64,000 nt of DNA from Utricularia gibba. Lineage: Eukaryota; Plantae; Magnoliophyta. The notes beneath the pieces were generated by a model. That model searched no databases. It saw nothing but the letters and a program-made list of their open reading frames with translations, and was not told the origin of the DNA. Made by a program: the position numbers and the translations under genes. The stretch is from assembly GCA_002189035.1 (NCBI GenBank), contig CM007990.1, forward strand, positions 1 through 64,000, given 5' to 3'. Below are positions 24,003 through 34,747 of the stretch, in pieces (positions within the stretch are counted from its first letter, which is position 1; the number at the start of each line of letters is the position of its first letter).

Positions 24003-25788
24003 ATGGGGATTCTCTGCCTGTGCCTCTCTCCCTTCATTCTCATAGCCCTCTACGCCCTCCTCCTCCATCTTCTCCACAAGCTCCGGAACCTTCCCCCAGC
24101 CCCTTCCCTGCGCTTCCCCTCATCGGCCACATCTATCTGCTCAAAAGGAAAAAGCCATTCCACAAAAGCTTAGCCGCGCTCGCCCGCCACCACGGCCCTG
24201 CCCTCTTTCTCCGCGTAGGTTCTCGCCCCGTCCTCCTTGTATCCTCCCCCCAGCTCGCCCAAGAATGCCTCAGCAACAAGAACGACGTCGTCTTCGCCAA
24301 CCGCCCCGAGCTCCTCAATGGTCGCTACTTTGGCTACAACTACACCAGCCTGTCCTGGTCATCCTACGGGGACCACTGGCGCAATCTCCGTCGAATTTCT
24401 TCGCTGCAGCTTCTTTCCAGCGTCAGGATACAGGAGCTTTCCTACATTCGAGCTGATGAGGCGTCCTGCCTTGCCAATAACCTGCTCCTCCAGCTTCGGG
24501 ATGACGTCGTACAAGTCAAATCAGCGCTTTTCGGGTTCATGTTCAATGTGTTGACCCGGATGATCGCTGGACGAAGGTATAGCTCTAATAATATCTCTCT
24601 TCTACTCCTAGCAACCTCCATGCAAGTAATGTATTGGTGCTTAAGGTACTATGGTGAGAGTTCGGACAACAAGTCAGAGGAAGCGAGGTTGCTGGAGGAG
24701 ATATGGGAAGAGACGAAGAAGGTGGCTTACGAGACCAACGTGGTGGACTTCCTGCCGTTGATGAGGTGGTTTGGGTTCAGAGATGTGGAGAAAAAGTTGA
24801 ATTCAATTCAGGAGAAGAGAGATAAGTTTATGCAGAACGTGATCGACGACCATCGGCGATCCTCCGGGAGCGAGAAGATGCAGAACAAAACCATGGTTGA
24901 AGTTATGCTGGATCTACAGGCATCCCAGCCCGAGTATTACACAGATGAGACCATTAAAAATCTTCTTTTGGTAACGACTCCTTTACTCAACAAACAAAAA
25001 TTTATTACCTTTCTTCCCCACCCTGTCATCCTGGCCCCGCTCCTGTGCACAGTCACAACAACAACTACCAACACATGTCGGAATTAAATAAAACTTCCCG
25101 CTGTTGCGAAATCTATTTTTTTTTCTTACCTGACCTGGCGCTCCTTGCACTCTCAGGTCCTACTCCAAGGTGGTTCTTCAACCTCCACAATCTCTCTAGA
25201 ATGGGCATTTGCTCTGCTCCTCGAAAACCCTGAGATTCTAAAAAAAGCTCAGTCGGAAATCGACGCCGTCGTAGGATTCCACCGCCTCATCACGGACGCC
25301 GACGTGGCGCGATTGGGTTATCTCCGGCACATCATACTCGAGACTCTGCGTCTGCATCCTCCAGTCTCAATTCTGATGCCACACCGCGCCTCAGCGGACT
25401 GCGAGGTGGCGGGATTCCGCATCCCGAAGGGACTATACTGTTGGTGAACATCTGGGAGATCCACCACAACCCGGAGATATGGAGCGAGCCAGAGAAGTTC
25501 CGGCCGGAGAGATTCGAGGGGTTGGATGAGAAGAAGGTTCTCGGGATGAGATTCTGCCCCTTCGGATCGGGGAGGCGGGCCTGCCCTGGTGAGAATTTAG
25601 GGCTTCTGAACATTGGGCTGGGCTTAGGTGTGTTGATCCAGTGCTTCGAGTGGGAGAGAGTTGGGGAGATCGACAAGAGTGAAGGGGCGGGAACCACCAC
25701 CCCAATGACCCACCCTCTGAAGGCCCGATGTCGGCCTCGATCATTTATAACCAATTTTCTTAGCCGTAGTCGCTGGCCGGCCCATTAG
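24003..25788 (+). CDS. CYP81: Cytochrome P450, CYP81 family (3 exons; two 1-nt frameshifts at C5 24093-24097 and G3 25429-25431)
   Basis: ATG 24003 gives the anchor MGILCLCLSPFILIALYALLLHLLHKLRNLPP. Motifs: PxLPLIGH, FANRP, WRNLRRI, ETLR, PERF and heme-binding FGSGRRACPG. Introns are 24577-24645 and ~24971-25156. Confidence 0.92.
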
Positions 25789-26106
25789 CGAGTGGGTCCC
25801 ACGTGCAATCAAAACACTTAGTATGTATTTAATTTAAAAGTGGGTAATGTATTTATTTGACAGCACGAAGCAAACAAACCAACACAAATGCCCCTCCCAT
25901 TTTGTGGGATTGCTCTTGCGAGTTGGGTCACTGTGATTGGGTTTTCTAGAATCTGGAATCGAGTTGACTTTTTGTGAAAAATGATGGATGATTAAGTGCT
26001 GACGACGTCATTGCTTACCGCAAGGCGTTATCCCACCCCATTGTATAACTAGCGTGGCTGTGGGAAGTGCTGCTTCTCTTCCATCAATTGGGGAGAAAGT
26101 GGAAGA

Positions 26107-27780
26107 ATGGCGGTGTCCCCGTAAGTTAAGTTATCGCTTTCCTTTCCATCTTCATTACCCACGAGGATTCATCTGCTTTTTGGATTCCATTTGGCACTCC
26201 CAGTTTCCTACACGAGATTCTTCCTCCGGAGCTGGATTCCACCTCTCTGCCGCCGGCACTTTTTGATGGAACCACCAGGTAATCAACACGCAAACAAAAA
26301 GGGTTGTGTTTGATAAGGTCATTTTTTCGGCGCTCAGCGGTTAGCACTCCCACCTCTGTTTATGTAGGCTGTACATCAATTACCAGTGTCCATTCGCTCA
26401 GCGTGTATGGATTGCCAGGAATTTTAAGGTCACTGTTCCTCACTTGTTGCCTTCTTCCTGATAAAATACAACTTCAGTCGGGATAAAAATTTATTTACGG
26501 ATGGTGTTCCTTGTGTTAGTGAGCTGCGAATCTCAAACATGTACTGCATCTAATGTTTCATGAAACATGGGATTTCCATGGTGGCGTCTCAGTCACTGCT
26601 CTCTTGCTTGTTCGATCTAATCCACAGGGCTTACAGGGCAAGATAAACTTGGTCCCAATTAACCTTCAAAACAGGCCTGCTTGGTACAAGGAGAAGGTTT
26701 ATCCTGAAAACAAGGTGCTTGCTTTTATCTTCTCAGAGTTAATCGGGGTCATAATTTCACGTGAACCAGAGTCTTCATGCCGTGCGCATTACTTATAGTC
26801 ATCCTTTTGGCTTATGAAGGTGCCATCGTTGGAGCACGATGGGAGAGTTATTGGAGAGAGCTTGGATTTAATTAAATACCTAGACGCCAACTTTGAAGGA
26901 CCATCTCTGTTACCTGATGTGAGATGATTCGCATTTGTTCTTACACTTCCCTATCATCTTCAACAATTTTGATGCAAACAAAAGAGTGAAAATGTTTTAG
27001 GATCCTGCAAAATTGAAGTTTGCTGCCCAGATCATGGACGAATACCTGAATACAATGACCAAAAATTTGTATTCATCCTTCAAGGCTGAGGATACTGTAA
27101 AAGCAGCAGGTATTTGAGGGTGCATTGCCATCTCCCAGTTTTCTTTGAATCTTTGAAAACTAACATCATTCTTCCTGCTGCTACAGCTCCAGAATTTGAT
27201 TTCTTGGAAACTGCCCTTAGTAAGTTTGAAGATGGTCCTTTCTTCCTTGGCCAGTTCAGTCAAGTAAGATAGATTGTACAATGTGGAAATAAGAGTCAAA
27301 TACTTAGTTGGCCAATTAGTTGGGAAGTTTTTCAGCTGCAAGTATAGTTATATTTTCATCCCAATGCTATCTTCGCGGTCTGCAGGTAGATGTCGCCCTT
27401 GTTCCATTTATTGAGAGATTCAGCATCTTTTTCAAGGCACAATGGGGATACGATATTACAGAAGGCAGGCCAAAGCTAGCAGCATTCATTCAGGTTCGCG
27501 TTTCATCATGTGCTTTGCAAAGATTTTCCTTCTTTTTCTGTTGTGGGAATCTGATTCATGCGCCATCATTTCTGCATTTTTTTGACCAGGAACTTGAGAA
27601 GATGGATGCTTACAAGCAAACCAAGGCCGACCCTGAGCATGTCATCCAGATGTACAGACAACGCTTCTTGGTACACTTAATGACTTAACATTTGATCTAG
27701 TATCTACGCTTGCTTCAACTTCCTGAATCCTTCTTCTTGATCTAGAGCTTTTGAACAAAATGTGCCATTTGCAGAAATAA
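26107..27780 (+). CDS. GSTL: Glutathione S-transferase, lambda class (10 exons)
   Basis: Spliced product LPPELDSTS.PPALFDGTTRLYINYQCPFAQRVW (active-site Cys), NRPAWYKEKVYPENKVPSLEH, GESLDL and DGPFFLGQFS. The last exon is AAA TAA at 27775-27780. Confidence 0.93.
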
Positions 27781-28354
27781 AAATGGATACCCCTTCTACT
27801 GCTGGAATAAGGAGGCTGATGCTGAAGGCCGTAGGGGGTTCATCATGGTTGCTCAGTATTATTATTTTTCTCGTTTCTAGAGACCTGTCAAGAAATAAGG
27901 TCATTGTGCTTTGTATTGTTCTCCTCGTCCCATGATGTAATCACAATATAGGTGAATCTGTGTGGTAACTTGAGCCAGTTGTGTGTGCTGGTGGATCCAA
28001 ACACGCTTTGATAATCCTTAAAGATAAAAGTAAAAAAAAAAAAAATGCAATAATGCTTAAATGATTTGCCAGAATAGTTAGCTTCAGTAGTCACGTGGTG
28101 TTGTTGAACCATCTGGAGAGTTGGTTGGCCATGGAAGGTGTCAACTACCACGACTATGGAGACCGCGTAATTTTTCAGTTCTCTGGATCCAATAGTTGGG
28201 TTGCGGCGCTTGCCACATTCCAACTTTCAATACACATTCTTCTTTTACAGGCCTGCTTCAATTGCTTCTTGAACTGTGATTTCAACGTGCTAATCTTTCT
28301 TGCCTGAATCAGAACAAACATTTCAGAATCTGGTTTCATCAGTTCTCGAATTTG

Positions 28355-29813
28355 ATGATGGAAGCGAAAGCTACGAAGACTGTGATAGCTAAACCTGTTG
28401 CATGTAAACCCAGCTTCTCCGTCTCCAATATCTCCTCGAAACATGTTGGTTCATGTCCAGAAAACGCTGCTGCAGTGATCAAACCAGAAACGGTGCGGCT
28501 GAAGCCCAACTGCAATGTAAATTTACTACTTTTTTCTCTCAGGATTTCAGTTAATTTCTTTCCGTTCTGAAGTATGCTGCTGTCTGCCTGTCTGCCTGTC
28601 TGATGATTTCTCAGGGGCCTTCACTCCCAACATTCAAATCCAGTTTCACTTCTAATGTGCTCTACAAACCAGTACCCAAGCTTGTTTCCACTGCAGTAAA
28701 TAATTTGGTTAGTTTTCTTAATGCCCGTACTGGTTGTCTAGATATCTTCATTAGATAACTCAAGTTTCACTTCATCAGAATAAGCCTCGTGAAGAACAAG
28801 GCCTTAATCCTACGTCACATTCAAGCCACACCTCCCGGTTGAGCAACTCCCTGGGGAGCACTAAGATGTACTTGGACAGTGATAAAGTGCAAACTTTAGT
28901 TTATGACAGCAAAACCCTGGTTCATCATGACAAACATACTTGGAGGAAATATGGGCAGAAACAAGTTAAGGGGAAAGACCATCCACGAAGCTACTATAAA
29001 TGCACATATCCCAATTGCACAATGAGAAAGAGGGTGGAGAGAAGGGTTGATGGCCAGTTGGAGGAGTCAGCTTATCAAGGTAAGCATAGACGTGCAACGC
29101 AGCAGCCTCTTCCTCGTCGCGCAACCGCAACTCAGGATTTAAGTCTCTCAAGATCGAACGCTCAAGGTGCTGATGATGCTGTTGTCACCATCCATGCTGG
29201 AAGTTCAACTTCAAAGAAGTATGTAGATTTAGCTGGGGAATCTGAGATGGAAAAGGGAGATGGCCATGGAAGAGGAATGTGAGCTCAAGAAAACATTTGT
29301 CTTCCCATAGATATAGATTGCTGATGTGTGTGATTTTATGTCACTAACATTCTTTTTTTTCAAATTGTGTTCTTGTTTCAAGCACACAGATTAGACGATC
29401 CAAGCAACTACTCAGAAGAACCTAAATGGAATCCTGCCGATATCAGTAATTCCGTGGTAGACGGAGACAAATTTGGGTGGAGAAAGTATGGGCAGAATGT
29501 GACTAAGAAAAATCCATACTCCAGGTTGCAACATTGATATGATCAAATCCCACATGTTTCTCTTGAAACCGATAATGATGTTAAGGGGCATTGTTTGGTT
29601 TGCAGAAGCTACTACAGATGCACTAACCCAAAATGCAAGGCGAGGAAGTATGTTGAGAGATCAATCGATAATCCTCGAACCTTCATCACGATATATGAAG
29701 GTAAGCATGATCATGGCATCACAGTGAAGGGAACAAACTGGGACTTGCTCAGAGACAATTTGCCTGCATCTGATATAGGATCCGTCAATGAGCCAAATCC
29801 TATTCTGTACTGA
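28355..29813 (+). CDS. WRKY44: Group I WRKY transcription factor, WRKY44/TTG2-like, strongly diverged (5 exons)
   Basis: N-terminal VIAKPVA..AAVIKPETVRLKP and NVLYKPVPKLVS are typical of WRKY44. Domain 1 is WRKYGQK with C-X4-C-X22-H-X-R. Domain 2 is WRKYGQN with C-X4-C-X23-HDH. An in-frame splice path exists. Confidence 0.8.
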
Positions 29814-30692
29814 ATAAGTTGGAAATTCCTGGGCCGTTTGTGACCTCGAGTATGCTTTGTATTCCAACTTGCAAGTGCCGACTTTGGAAATAAGGCATCT
29901 GAAGATTCATGATCTAATACTTTGTGAAACTTCACCAACTCAATAAAGAAATTGCGTTGTACAGGGCATACTAGAGAAGACTTCACCGTTCTTTCATAGA
30001 TGGTGCTGCAGTATTAGATATTTCACTGCTGCACCCCTGATGGCCAACTATAATTAAGACATCTTTTATTATAGAACCCATAGCATACTTCTCTCCAATC
30101 TTCCTCAGAACTGCAATTCGTGCTTCTACTTGTTGACTAACACTGCAAAGTAGCTGACCAGGATAGTACAGCACTGACAGTACAAGAAAGCCATCCATTT
30201 CAACCACTGCAGTGAACTATGTATGCTGCATGTACCCTGTCGACACCTGGAAGGTCAGTGCAGATATTCTCAGCGTTTTACATTTCAGGCGCTCTGCTAC
30301 CTTCTCAAGTGGCATATCTTGCCTTTCTGTTCTTCATCTAGGGAGCCATAAGCAGAACCACGCGAAGATCAACTACCAACGTCCTCCCAAACGTATATAA
30401 TGATAATGGATGCTGTTTTAAAGTTGAATTCCGTCGCCTATCAAATCACGGGTTTTGCTCCGCGACTGCGTACGGTGCTGCTTAATTGTTTTCATCTGTG
30501 ATTTCTTCATAGAAACTAGAAACAGCATAAGATGCTTTGCCTGTGCTATATATAAAAGAGTTGTAAATTCATCTCCCATTCCTGTGATCCTCTTTCCCTT
30601 TACAGCTTTTGCTTTTCCTCCTTTTAATTCTTCTACTGCTTCTCCTCTTCGTCTCCTTTTCTCCGCCAGCATATCGAGTGCATGTTCCTTCC

Positions 30693-32487
30693 ATGGAGGA
30701 ACAGGGGTCGTGGGAAGAATATGCAGGGCCCCTAAATTCTACTGGAGTTCTGGGCGATGCCCTTTGGACCCAAACGGCAGCCAAGGGAAGGGAGAGTTTC
30801 AAGGATCAAATCCAAGGCTTCGCGACGGCAGGGGCAGAGCTCGCGATGGATCTTGGCCGGAGTTGCTGGGACCTCGCACTGCAGACGATTCTCGCAGAGG
30901 ATTCTTACTTGGTAAACCAGGCAAGACAACCGTTGGCGAAGGTTTCGGAGAAATTGAGTTTTTTTAATGAGTTTCTCCCAGAAGATCGGGATCCCCTTCG
31001 CGCTTGGCTCGTCATTTTTGTCGTTTCTTTACTTGCTTTCGCTGGTAAGCGCTGGGTTATTATTTAGCATTCTTTGTGTTCATGAAATTGCACCTGAAGT
31101 TTCATTCCTTTCAGTTCTGAATGTCACCAGCAAACCCGAGATTTCAGAGATGAAAACTTCTCTTCAGGCACACACTGCAGAACCAGAATGCGTACTTCTT
31201 CCTGATGGAAGATACATGGCATACCATGAACTGGGAGTTGACGCCCGAAAAGCCCGATTTACCTTGATTCTTCCTCATGCTTTGGTTTGTCCACAATCTT
31301 CCGGTAACTCAAGCGGACGTCCAGTATCCATATTGGATTTCTGATTCTAGTCTAGTTAACAATGTGAATACAGGTGTTTTCGGCATAAACTCAACGTTGC
31401 TTGAAGCATTTGGCGTTCGTCTCATCAGCTATGATCTCCGCAGCGCGGGACAGACTAGTAACCCTGCGCTCGAAATAAACCTCAATACCTCAGCTCATGA
31501 TATGCTCTACCTAGCGGATTTCCTGGGAGTTGAGGGAAAATTCTGGGTGTTGGGGTACTCAACTCGGGCTCTCCATGCTTGGGCTGCTCTCAAATATATT
31601 CCAGATAGAGTTGCAGGTACAAAACCCACTTGTAAACTAAAACCCATCGTTTTTTTGTTTAGGTTAAGAAAGAATCATTTGTTACAGGTGCGATCATGTT
31701 TGCCCCATTTATCAACCCGTACGACAAGGGTATGAACAGAGAAGAAAAATCTAGGATTTGGAGCAGGTGGCCATGGAGAAGAAGAATGCTCTTTCTTGTT
31801 GCTCGAAGATTCCCAAAGCTCCTTCCTTTCTTGTATGGTTCTCAAGGACGGAGAGTCAAACTTTCATATTCTTCTTTGTCCAAGAAGGTAAAGAAAATGT
31901 AAATCTTTGTCTTTATCGTCCAGGAATGCTTCAATAGATCTGTAAACAGGATAAGGACCTTGTGGAAACAAGATCAACTTGTCAAAAAATCTTGCAATGG
32001 GATGACGAAGGTATGCTCCAAGCCTGTAACTCGGGGTTCAGTCTCCTGGATCTTCAACTGCAGAAAAAATGCCCAAGAAGATATTCTCTTCTCCCATGGT
32101 TGCTGTTTCTCTACGCTCGACCCGAATGCGAAATGACCGGATTTCTAGGTCCAATTCACGTATGGCAGGTATAAGGTCTTTCTGCGTCTTCAAGCTTGTG
32201 TTTCCTATATAGGGAGTCTAGTTTTTGTCTCACCAGCCGTTCATCAGGGGATGGATGATTTTGTGGTATCACCGGTGGTTTCTGATTACGTGGAACGTGT
32301 TCTGCCAAGAGCCTTCATCCACAGACTTCCCCGAGAGGATCACTTCTCTTACTTCCTCTTCTGTGAAGAGTGTCATAGAAGGATCCTAATGAGTATTTTT
32401 GGAAGCCCCAAAGGCCCTGTTCTAATTGAAGACAAATCTCAGGTAACCAATGGTGCTGCTGACGATGATCGCGATGTGCCTGAGTAA
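30693..32487 (+). CDS. Alpha/beta-hydrolase fold protein (At5g02970/At3g09690-like), 6 exons, diverged
   Basis: Motifs KLSFFNEFLPEDRDP, LPDGRYMAYHE, KFWVLGYS, GFLGPIHVWQGMDD and HFSYFLFCEECHR. All six exons join in frame with GT-AG borders. Confidence 0.85.
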
Positions 32488-32587
32488 AAGGTCGGTTGTT
32501 TACAATATGATGGGAAAAGACGTTTCATTAACATATGTTATTACTTGGAGGCGCCAGAACACAAACATGAGTTTTTTCGTATGGCGA

Positions 32588-33763
32588 CTACAAAAAAGTT
32601 TTCCAAATCTGTAAATCCCACACTAATACTTTCGAGGAACCCTCCATTTGGATTCCCTTTACTTGAGCTTCCTCTTCGAGAACCTCTTTTCTGACAAAGT
32701 CAAGCGAATTCTGCAGGAAATTTAAATCAACCAAAAGCGGAAGTATTGGATCCTTGCCCCGGGCAATGAATCTGCATTGTTCTTATTTCTTAGTTTATAT
32801 TGCATACCTGTGGGTTGTCTTGAACAAGTGAAGTGCGTCCCCATCGTTCAGGATCCCATAGAATGGAGCTGTTGAACGCAAAGCCCGATATGTGAACAGA
32901 TGACATCACTGAATCTGTAACATGGCTCATCTGTTTGAAATGCCACCCGATTACTCCCTTGTGATCACATACCGGCCCTTCGGTTGCAATCTTATACCTA
33001 GAGGCAGAAAGCTTGGCCACAGGCCATGCTCCGAATCCCCTGAAAATGAAAGCAACTGTTGAATTTGATGTCGGATGTAAGATTCCAACTAGGAGGACAT
33101 ATAAAAGAATGCTTACTCAACAGCTTGTATCTGTTGGAATAAACTGAGATCATAAACATTTGAAAGCTCTGCAAAAAGGACTATTCCACTGAGCCTATGG
33201 TGCTCAATGTGAAACAGAGCAAGATTTCTCTGATGATCTGTTTCGAGATCAACATCAGAGAAGTTCTCCTTGGAGATAATATGCCTGTACATGATCCCAC
33301 TTTTCCGCAGTATCTCGGGAACCACCGTTTCATGGGATTGGTGTTCGACTACAATCCACAATATTGGCTGAGCCACCAGCTTCAGCGTGTTTGCCAGTCT
33401 TCTGAGTAACACCCCCCGCAGCTTAGCATTCGTCCTTGTTGGTGTAACAGCGATTACAAGTTTTCTCGGATTCAACTCCCTTGCCGCCATTCTTTCTTTA
33501 TTTTCCGAAACTCTCTCTTTCACCTCGGTTCTGTCCAACAAGCTTCCGTTGAAGATGTCTTCTTCATCTGCTTGGTGCAGGACTTTCACGGGCTCTTCCA
33601 AATACCTTGAAGAAAGGGGTACTCTGACGTGAGTGAATGAATTTGAGGGATTGCCTAAAGGAGCAAAACCAGTGAAGAAACCCATGAGGAAACAAAGCAT
33701 AAAATGAACTGTGGCCTTCCTCCATAACTGCTCCTTTCCCTTTGATCTTTCTGACGTTCCCAT
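32588..33763 (-). CDS. IRX9: GT43 xylan beta-1,4-xylosyltransferase IRX9 (3 exons)
   Basis: MGTSERSKGKEQLWRKATVHFMLCFLMGFFTGFAP, WIVVE, HQRNLALFHIEHHRLSGIVLFA and ISGFAFNSSILWDPERWGR. Stop TAG at 32590-32588. Confidence 0.95.
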
Positions 33764-34747
33764 GGTATCAGCGAAAACAAAAGCTGGAGGAGTGAGCTTA
33801 ATCAAGAATCCGAAGAGGTTAGGCTGCACTATGCATTGGACCGCGGAGAAGAATAAAGATGAAGTTGGTGAAACAAGGATCCATCCTTGTTTCAGAGGCT
33901 TTGCGATGCCTTCAACTACAAAACAACGTTGTTTTCGTGTACCAGTTCACCAGACAGTCGTTCGTCTGTCACTAATTATTGATTACTGCGGAAACTGAGT
34001 ATCTGGGCCATTTCGAGTTTGGGCTCATCGGGAACCCGAGTTGCCCAACCAAAATGTAGTCCAGTTGCCCGTCTTCTTGGGCTTCCATATTCTAGAGTCT
34101 GGACCACAGTCAGTGGATTTGGGTAGGCATCAGGTCAACCCGTAAACACATCCTCTATTCCTGTCTTGTCTCATCTCTGTACTGGATTTTCCTGTCGAGC
34201 CGGATCATGGGTCAACCCGTATTGATCGGACCGGTTCGGGTTATGTCAAGATTCCGGTTTACAAGAATGGGTACTTCGCTTCCGTCATCATCGTCAGGAC
34301 CGGCAACCTCGCAGGTGTTTTCTCACCCTTCATCTATCCAAAATTCCAAATCAAAACCCCAAAGAACACAATCAAACTCCGGTTCTCGGTAATTGCTGAA
34401 AGATTTTTTCACCTTTCGCTCCTGAAAGTCCAAATCTTACTCGAAGTGGAGCTCCCCTCAAAGAGATTTCGTGTTGAATTGAAAGCGATGCAGATGCATG
34501 CAATGCGTACTTAGTTGTGGCGTCAAAGCTATTACAAAAGTCAATGCGATACGTGAAGCATTCATCTTCTGAAGTTCCTCCAAGGGCTTATCACTGGATG
34601 CTAAGAGTGTAAGGAAGAGAAACCCTTGGTACACCAACCTCGCCGTTAGTCCGTCGAAGGGGATTGTATCCGGATTTCAGAGTTCTTCTCAAAAGGTTAC
34701 TTCTTTTTGCATTTCTTTTTAACGGTTCGTATTGGTAGAAAGAGATT

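Noticed and set aside
33997-34260. Repeated GGTCAACCCGTA / CGGGTT motifs suggesting a MITE between IRX9 and WD40
   Set aside because: No terminal inverted repeats or TSD could be delimited.
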